The translations under genes and the position numbers were made by a program. A stretch of DNA of 64,000 nucleotides from the NCBI RefSeq assembly GCF_006345805.1, contig NC_043002.1, forward strand, positions 100,874,001 to 100,938,000. Reading direction: 5' to 3'. A model generated the notes under the pieces. It ran no database searches. It saw only the letters and a list, made by a program, of their open reading frames with translations, and was not told the origin of the DNA. Shown here piece after piece: positions 56,150-64,000 of this stretch (its first letter is position 1; the number at the start of each line of letters is the position of its first letter). This DNA comes from Octopus sinensis. Lineage: Eukaryota.

Positions 56150-56945
56150 CTAATATAGGATGAAGTTTTTTTACAGAAAAAAAATTCCATAAAAAAATGT
56201 GGCAGCATATTCAAATACCTTTAAGGTTAAAATTATAAACAACTTATAAACAAGGGATAAAGTACCCCAGCTATATCTAACTATAAAATCCTAGGTTTCC
56301 TCGATTGTTGGCTAGCTTTCCTCAATTTCAGCTGTACGTATTTTCTGTAACGAATAAATAATATGTGGAAATTGACGATTTAAAAGTCTGTTATCAGCAT
56401 ATTGGCATAGAAATTATTTTCTTTAGCACTTGTTTATAAGTTGTTTATAATTTTAACCTTAAGGGCATTTTAATATGTTGCCACATTTTTTTATGGAATT
56501 TTTTTCTATAAAAAAACATCATCCTATATTAAGTAGTAGACTTATTACCTTTCGCTATAGGGACTGGTAACCACTATAAGCTGTAGTGGAGAATAGTTCA
56601 CACGGGTGCTGAGGCTGACCAAAGAATTTTATATTTAGATATATCTGTAGTACTTATATGTATTCATGATTTTTTTTCGGCTTTTTTTCCATGGGCACAT
56701 ATAAGTATTTCATTTATTTCTTTTCGTATTTTCTACTGAGGAGGAAAAAATCTATTATGAGAATAATTCCGAATTTGATTCAATACAGAATTAACGAACG
56801 TTCTTAAAAGATCCTGTTGGCTAACATTCCTCGATTTCAGCTCTACGTGTTTTCTGTAGCGAATAAATAATACGTGGAAATTGACGATTTAAAAGTCTGT
56901 TATCAGCATATTGGCATAGAAATAATTTTATTTAGCCCTTGTTTA
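56150..56945. repeat. ~115-bp inverted repeat (56150-56272/56421-56532), interior re-duplicated at 56810-56945, with a decayed hammerhead at 56731-56790
   Basis: Direct comparison; CTGAGGA-GGAA..TTCC-GAAT-TTGATTCAA-TA-CAGAA. Confidence 0.75.
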
Positions 56946-56947
56946 CT

Positions 56948-57004
<57 letters not shown>

Positions 57005-57827
57005 AATAAATATATATATGTATATATATACGCATATATATATTTATATATATTTATATACACATGCATATATATATGCATGTTATGCATGTTTGTTAAC
57101 GGGTATTCGTCTTGATACTAAAAATGTTTCGTATAATAATTTCAGTTCTTAATGTTATGACAAAACTATTAGAACTATTTGAACCCCGATAATCTGTTTC
57201 AAACCACGTGCAAACACGTTCAGTCTCACTGGACGTTTCCGTGCGCAAGTTTAGTTTCCTATAGATCTGATTCGATCATAATGAATTTAGATAAATTCTG
57301 TAGAAAGAAACTTTGTCAAAATCCGTCATATATATATATATATATATGTATGTGGGTGCATATGTATATATATGTATGCATATATATACACACACACTCA
57401 TATATATATATATAATGTGCTTGTATGTTTGTTTGTTTTATATTTTGTCCGTGTATTCGGTGTCCCACAAAGAAACCGATGGAATGAGAACCGCATTTAA
57501 AAATAGATAAATACATGTATCTATTTGTTCATGTAAACCATTCAAGCGGCCGTAATCATGCTCAACTTAACAAATAGAAAGCAGCTTGACATGGGTTTCC
57601 CTGAAAGAGAAACAGACACGTTTTAAATTTCAAAAAATATAAAATAGCGATTTTAACAGTTTTATCATTCTACTGGAAATGTTAAGATTTGTATTTCCAC
57701 ATCTAAATTCGAGCTAACTGGAGTAAAATTTAGAACTGAAGAGGAAGAATTACAAGGACAACGCAACTGTAATATGGAGAAAATATACTACATGGGTTAA
57801 ATCAAATAGCTTAAAATATATACTCAC

Positions 57828-57975
57828 AGACGTGAACATTTTCCGGCATATGACACGTCGGCTTGAATGCGATATTTTGAATGATATATGCAGGTGTGAT
57901 TCCAGCAGATGCCATTTTTGATGGTTATATAATCTGTGTTTCCCTTAGAACATACGGCATTAAAGAACCGACAAT
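57828..57975 (-). CDS. Gene C exon 4: (Y)CRFFNAVCSKGNTDYITIKNGICWNHTCIYHSKYRIQADVSYAGKCSR(L)
   Basis: Acceptor ttttcttatcaacAG, donor CT/GTGAGT, 148 nt open. Confidence 0.85.
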
Positions 57976-58574
57976 CTGTTGATAAGAAAACGATCACTGT
58001 ATTGATTATTCTATTTAAACTATTTCGGTGACATAATTATGCCTATACTGGCCCAAAACTTCGGCAAAATGTCAGCAATTTCAGAGGAACGGGTAAGTCG
58101 ATTACAATGACTCTAATGCTTAAATGGTAATTATTTTATCGATCTGGAAGGGATCGAATACAAAGCCAACCTTGGAGAAGTATGAATTCAAGTCAGAATG
58201 CCATTAAAATTTCCGGTAAGCGAAAATGCCCGGCGTGCTAACTATTTTGCCCTCTCATCGTTTCAGTTAGTGATATTCTGGTATATATATTCATTTAACG
58301 TAACTTATTACGCATTTTGGATATTGAGTTCATATTCCTAAAATCGGAATAGATTAAAGTATTTGTTTGTATCGTTTGTTGCTGGTTTTAAAGGACAGGT
58401 AGAACACATTTCTGTTTCTATATACACCAGTAACATGAAAGGTATTTGGAAGCATTATATTCGGTTATATAGGTAAAACTGACACTACGCCGGTCACAAC
58501 ATCGAGGGTTTCAGTTTTGTGCCCTTAACTTAGTTCTGAGGGTGTTTCATAATATGATAATTACAGGTAAGACT

Positions 58575-59290
58575 CATTTCTGCTAGTTGAATGGACTGGG
58601 ACAATGTGAATTAAAGTGTCTTGCTCAAGAACACAACACACTGCCAAGAATCGAACTCACGACCATGAGCCGAATGCCCTAACCATTAAGCCACGTTCCT
58701 TCAAACGTTATAAAAGTTATCAAAGCGGCGAGCTGGCAGAAACGTTAGCACGCCGGGCGAAATGCGTAGCCGTATTTCGTCTGCTGGTACGTTCTGAGTT
58801 CCAATTCCGTCGAGGTCGACTTTGTCTTTCATGCTTTCGGGGTCGATAAATTAAGTACCAGTTACGCACTGGGGTCGATATAATCAACTTAATCCGTTTG
58901 TCTGTCCTTGTTTGTCCTCTCTGTGTTTAGCTCCTTGTGGGTAGTAAAGAAATAAGAATCGTAAGCACGCCGGGCGCAATGCTTATCGGTATTTCGTCCG
59001 TCTCCATGTTCTGAGTTCAATTTACGCTGAGGACCACTTTGCCTTTCATCCTTTCGGGGTCGATGAATTAAGTATCATTGGCGTACTGGTGTCGATCTAA
59101 TCCACTTGCCCCTCCCCACAAATTTCAGGCCTTCTGCCTAAAGTAGAAAAGTTATAAAAGTTATCTTTTAGTGAACCTACTGCGGCAACGTGCATTAAAG
59201 TGTCTTGCTCAAGAACACAAAGCGCTGACAATAATCGAACTCACGACCGAGAGCCCATTGCCGTAACCTCTAGGCCACGCGCCTTCACAC
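58575..59290. mobile_element. SINE cluster: family-1 copies on + (58723-58955, 58958-59150) and heads of a third SINE family on - (58575-58700, 59195-59290)
   Basis: Family-1 consensus; TTAAAGTGTCTTGCTCAAGAACACAA..AATCGAACTCACGACC duplicated. Confidence 0.75.
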
Positions 59291-59689
59291 CTTATAAAAC
59301 TTATCTTTTAGTGAACCTACTGAACACCTTAATGTGTCCTCAATGTCGCATGAACAAAATACTACGGATTAAGCCACGCTAGGTAATGTTACTGACTGTT
59401 GTTCTTTTCTAAATTCTAGTTGATTTTGTGAGGGCTGCTAACATGATGACAAAACTGAATATTATATTGATTGAAGTTTAATGTAACAGCGTAGAATAGA
59501 GGTGTTGTGCATCAAATTTATGGAAGTAACTTGGGTATATTTTTTGTGCTTATTTGGGTCGAGGTGTTGTCGTATGTAGGCATTCGTATTCGAAAGAGTG
59601 TGTGCATCAATACGTGTGCCTAGCTTTCATTTATAAATTGTGTGTATGGAACCATAGTTTGTATAATAGTATCGTTATACGTTTAGTTG

Positions 59690-59729
59690 TAACGTATACA
59701 TACATATATATACATATACATACATATAT

Positions 59730-59773
<44 letters not shown>

Positions 59774-59925
59774 AATGTATGTATGTATGTATGTATGTAT
59801 GTATGTATGCATGTATGTATGTATGTGCGTATGTGTGTGTGTATGTATGTATGTATGTATGTACGTATGTGTTTGTATGTATGTATGTATGTATGTATGT
59901 ATGTATGTATGTATGTGTGTATATA
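59690..59925. repeat. (TA)n/(TATG)n microsatellite
   Basis: Seen directly. Confidence 0.95.
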
Positions 59926-60722
59926 TTGTTAATGCCAAGCTAATATGGCAGTCCAGAAAAATAGGACGAATGCTGCCGTTGAATAACTCCAAGAGGCCGT
60001 TGCCTCTAGCTAGCTATGTAACACACAAACCTGTGTCCATTATAAACTTCGAATAGGGGAAGTCAGCCGCTTCCACTTACTGGTCTGGCACCTACAGACT
60101 AATTTCAGGGTATTTGTCCCTTATCAATGCAGAGCAGCCGAACCACCCAGATGTTGCTACTGACCGTCTCTTTGAAGGATTATTTACCTAAATTCAGTGG
60201 AATACATCCACCGGTTTTCAAAAATAGAAATATTAATATTTCTAAGTCTCTCTAAGGGAGACTACGGCAGCAGTACTTGTTATTAATAGTTATCGCCAAG
60301 CTAACATAGCAGTCAGGAAACATGGCAGGCGCAGTAGCGACACATGCCTGGTACAGCCGCTCTGCATTAATAAGTGACAAATACCCTGAAACTAGACTGT
60401 AGATGCCAGACCAGCAAGTGATACATTAACTTCTGAAAGCGGAACCACTGCGTTAATCTTAATTTCGATTATTGCGTAAACTGGAATCACAATCAGATTT
60501 GGTACAGAAACAATTGTTACGAACCATTCAAGATGTGTTAAAGATGTCTTCATATTATCTGTGTATAAGTCTCACAGTTAACGCTGCTCAATAATTAAGA
60601 GTTACTGAACAAAGCCTATCGCATTCAAAACACAGCAAAGCAAATATAAACTTTCATTGGGATTTTGATACATAAAAACACGTAGTGAATAGAGGAAACG
60701 AAAGTTTTCTTTGTCAACTTAC

Positions 60723-60857
60723 ACACTTCTCGTTCAGCTACTTGCAATTTACCATCAATACGCATGCATTGGTTCCTGGCACATTTATAGGAATACTTTT
60801 CCAACCATCTTCTTCCCTCCTCATGGCATTTTTCCTTGTAGTAACATCCACTACACC
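60723..60857 (-). CDS. Gene C exon 3: CSGCYYKEKCHEEGRRWLEKYSYKCARNQCMRIDGKLQVAEREV
   Basis: Acceptor poly-T-AG at 60859-60858, donor T/GTAAGT, 135 nt phase 1-1, joins exon 4 in frame; aligns to A exon 3 (W.E..S..CA...C...DGKL). Confidence 0.85.
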
Positions 60858-61074
60858 CTAAAAAAAAAAAATCGTATATTATAATAATATCTATCCAGCA
60901 CTTTTGTACAGTGGGTATTTTCGAAGGAACTTTTTTTATAAACTAGAAGGTAATCGATTTCATAGTTCCCCTGAAATTGCTGATATTTTGTCAAAGTCTT
61001 AGACAAGTGTAGGCATAATTATGTCATAAAAATAGTTTTAATAGAATAATAATATATTTTCTTATCAACAACAG

Positions 61075-61225
61075 ATTGTAAGTGGGATGATGGTGGATGT
61101 GTTGCTAAAAGTACAAAATGGAGTGTCGTCAGGGCCGGCGGGTCTTGCTGGTCTTACGTCTGCGACTATAAAGGAATTACAGACGTTAGAGCCGAAAAGA
61201 AATTTCTCGGAAAATGTTCACCTCT
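61075..61225 (+). CDS. Copy D exon 4: CKWDDGGCVAKSTKWSVVRAGGSCWSYVCDYKGITDVRAEKKFLGKCSP(L); 5' exons not found
   Basis: Intact acceptor and donor; 5 nt and 3 aa differ from A exon 4; may be a non-expressed orphan exon. Confidence 0.65.
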
Positions 61226-61656
61226 GTGAGTATATATGTGAAGCTATTAAAATTACTTCATATATTACATTTTCTCAATATCATTGTTGCGTTGACCTTT
61301 TTGCAACATTTCCTCTTCTGTTTTAAATTTAGCTCCAACTTTGAAGTGAAAATACAAATCTGAGGATTTCGAGTTGAACATTAATATATTTAAAATACCT
61401 TTTTAAAAAAATTTATAATGAGCTTGTCTTTTTGTTTTTCAGAGAAGCCCATGTCACACTGTTTACTATTTCTCAAGTAGAGCATGACTGCTGCTATATT
61501 TTCAATATACAGGATATTCCATTATAGTTTTTCTTAGCCAATTTTTCATCAGAACTAGAGAGTAAAATAACTACATGCTTTTTCCTATTATCGTAGCAGA
61601 TTGAACTTAGGAAGAAAATATCCCAACTATAATTTGGAGTGGCGAACGCCTTCTTC

Positions 61657-62070
61657 AAGGCAGCGAGATGGCAGAAACGTTAGCACGCCGGGCGAAATGC
61701 GTAGCCGTATTTCGTCTGCCGTTACGTTCTAGGTTCAAATTCCGCCGAGGTCGACTTTGCCTTTCATCCTTTCGGGGTCGATAAATTAAGTACCAGTTAC
61801 GCACTGAGGTCGATATAATCGACTTAATCCGTTTGTCTGTCCTTGTTTGTTCTTTCTGTGTTTAGCCCCTTGTGGGTAGTAAAGAAATAGGTATTTCTTC
61901 GGCCGCTACGTTCTGAGTTCAAATTCCGCCGACGTCGACTTTGCCTTTCATCCTTTCGGGTCGATAAATTCAGTACCAGTTACGCACTGGGGTCGATATA
62001 ATCGACTTAATCCGTTTGTCTGTCCTCGTTTGTCCTCTCTGCGTTTAGCCCCTTGTGGGTAGTAAAGAAA
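61657..62070 (+). mobile_element. Two tandem family-1 SINE copies
   Basis: Mirror of 9250-9675. Confidence 0.85.
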
Positions 62071-62814
62071 AGAGAAGAGAATCATAATGGGGGTCATGAG
62101 ATGATAACATAGCTACATTTATTTATCTCCTTATCACCATCAAAAGCTCTAATACAACTAATTTTCCACGTCCACTAAGAATTAAAACAACGGGAAATTA
62201 AGAGTTAAGTTCTTGCTGCTGATCATGAATTAATTAATGCCAGATATTCTTCCCTACCCTTAATATACTGTGGCTATAAATTCGGTATGGCCACATTAAG
62301 GAACAAGTCTCACAAGATGTCAGTAAGATAGGTGTTTATCACCAGAAAGAGGGAGGGTGATGGTGACATAAACTATTTCAATATTGTCAGTTGAAAGGGT
62401 CCTAAAATAGAAGACAAAGGAGGTCACAGTAAGATCTAAATGGGTATTAAGGATACAGGGGAAAATTTATATCCAAAATTTAGAATGATTTATATATTAT
62501 ATTTTTACAGTCTATATACATTACTCTTTTACTCGTTTCAGAAAGCCGAAGTCGGCTGCGGTCATACTGGTGCACCATCATATATTTTATTCTTTTGTTT
62601 CAGACATGTGACTAAGGCTGCTCCGAAACAAAAGCATGGAATTTCATAGTCATCTCTAATATGTTTGCCAGAAAGATAGAGCTCGCTCTCCTACACGAAA
62701 GTTAATACCCATTTCTTATTTATGTTCAACACAATCGAAATGAGTAAACTTCAAAATTCATAGTACACGTTTGGCAGCTGTTTTGACCCCTGTCGACAAC
62801 GGCAGTATCTGGTA

Positions 62815-62851
<37 letters not shown>

Positions 62852-62884
62852 TACACCACATACACATACATATGCATATATATA

Positions 62885-62992
<108 letters not shown>

Positions 62993-63071
62993 TCTGTATG
63001 TGTACATATAGATATATTCATATATATATATATATTCAAAAATATAAGGAATGACCATAATAGGACATCCG

Positions 63072-63180
63072 ACTCACTCTGCTGAAGAGGCACGCCAGTT
63101 GTAAATAAATTTAATTTAATTTAATTAATTTGTTTACCAAAGTTGGCCGAAACCATGCATAGTCCAGAGATGAAAGGAGT
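63072..63180 (+). ncRNA. Type I hammerhead ribozyme inside a 261-bp element with 45-bp inverted ends (63034-63078/63250-63294)
   Basis: Stem I CTCTG/CAGAG; CTGAAGA 63082-63088; stem II GGC..GCC closing a long AT hairpin; GAAA 63149-63152; near-palindromic stem III; GUC triplet. Confidence 0.7.
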
Positions 63181-63403
63181 AAATGTTTTTATTTCTCTTT
63201 CAATTTCAGAATTATAATTATTAGCGGTTTGAGTTTGGCTGCTCTTTCTAGTGTGTCGAATGTCCTATTATGGCCATTCCTTATATTTTTGAATGTATTT
63301 TATATAGTCTTAGACTATCTTTTCTTTCTCGCTATATATGTATGTATATATACATACATACATATATATCCGTATATATGTATAAGCATATATGTATATA
63401 TAT

Positions 63404-63475
<72 letters not shown>

Positions 63476-64000
63476 ATTAAAGTTGGGTGGCTACCGCACG
63501 AATATATGCTTGTGTATGTGTATTATGATTGTCAGGGTGGTGTGCATGTGTGCGTGTATGTGTGTGTTTGTTCGCATGTGTGCTATAATTTGTCAGGGCC
63601 GTGTGTGTGTCCGTATGTACACGTGTGTGTGTTATATTTGTCAGGGCGGTGATTGTCCATGTGTAAGTGTTACGTGTATGTGCCTGTGCATGTGTGTATA
63701 TGTCTGAGTCTGTGAGTCATTGTTGTTACTGTTAAATTTTCTTGCGTATGGATGTGCGTTCCTGGGAGGTGAGGTATTGTGTTTGTGAATGCGTGTGGGT
63801 GGTGTGCGTGCGTATAGGAATTAGACTATAACCGAGTTGTTCCGACACCGTTCGATAGTCCAATATATTTTTTAAGATATAAGAGTAGGTTTAACTGTGG
63901 TATATATTTTGGTTGTCGATTGCCCTTAGCCCGTCCTATTCCATTAAAAATTAATGATGATGGGTACTATCTTTCCATTAGAATTCCATTTAATTCTTGG

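Overview
Repeat-dense eukaryotic genomic DNA, most likely octopus (coleoid cephalopod), judged from its SINE families, RTE, CR1, Dong/R4 and Penelope retroelements, Helitron, hAT and Tc1/mariner relics, and very dense microsatellites. No prokaryotic features or CRISPR arrays are present. The ORF track largely misses the main content: a cluster of four paralogous, multi-exon genes or gene pieces encoding small secreted cysteine-rich proteins. Gene A (minus strand, about 33.06 kb to 4.8 kb) reconstructs completely: TATA plus initiator, non-coding exon 1, signal-peptide exon, two Cys-domain exons and a stop/3'UTR exon. It encodes 121 aa with 10 mature Cys. Gene B (44.6-48.0 kb) is a pseudogene with an internal deletion. 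Gene C (48.8-60.9 kb) is intact over its last three exons, but its 5' exons are not visible. Copy D (from 61.07 kb, plus strand) is a recent inverted duplicate of the 3' part of A. Between B and C, all 23 differing codons of exon 4 change the amino acid while the flanking introns are about 93-100% identical, a toxin- or effector-like signature of diversifying selection. Also present: type I hammerhead ribozymes (one pair inside a near-perfect 333-bp palindrome), a variant tRNA-Cys inside an intron of gene A, and several fold-back rearrangements. All gene models were built by eye from splice signals and paralog alignment; none is database-verified. Repeat boundaries are approximate.
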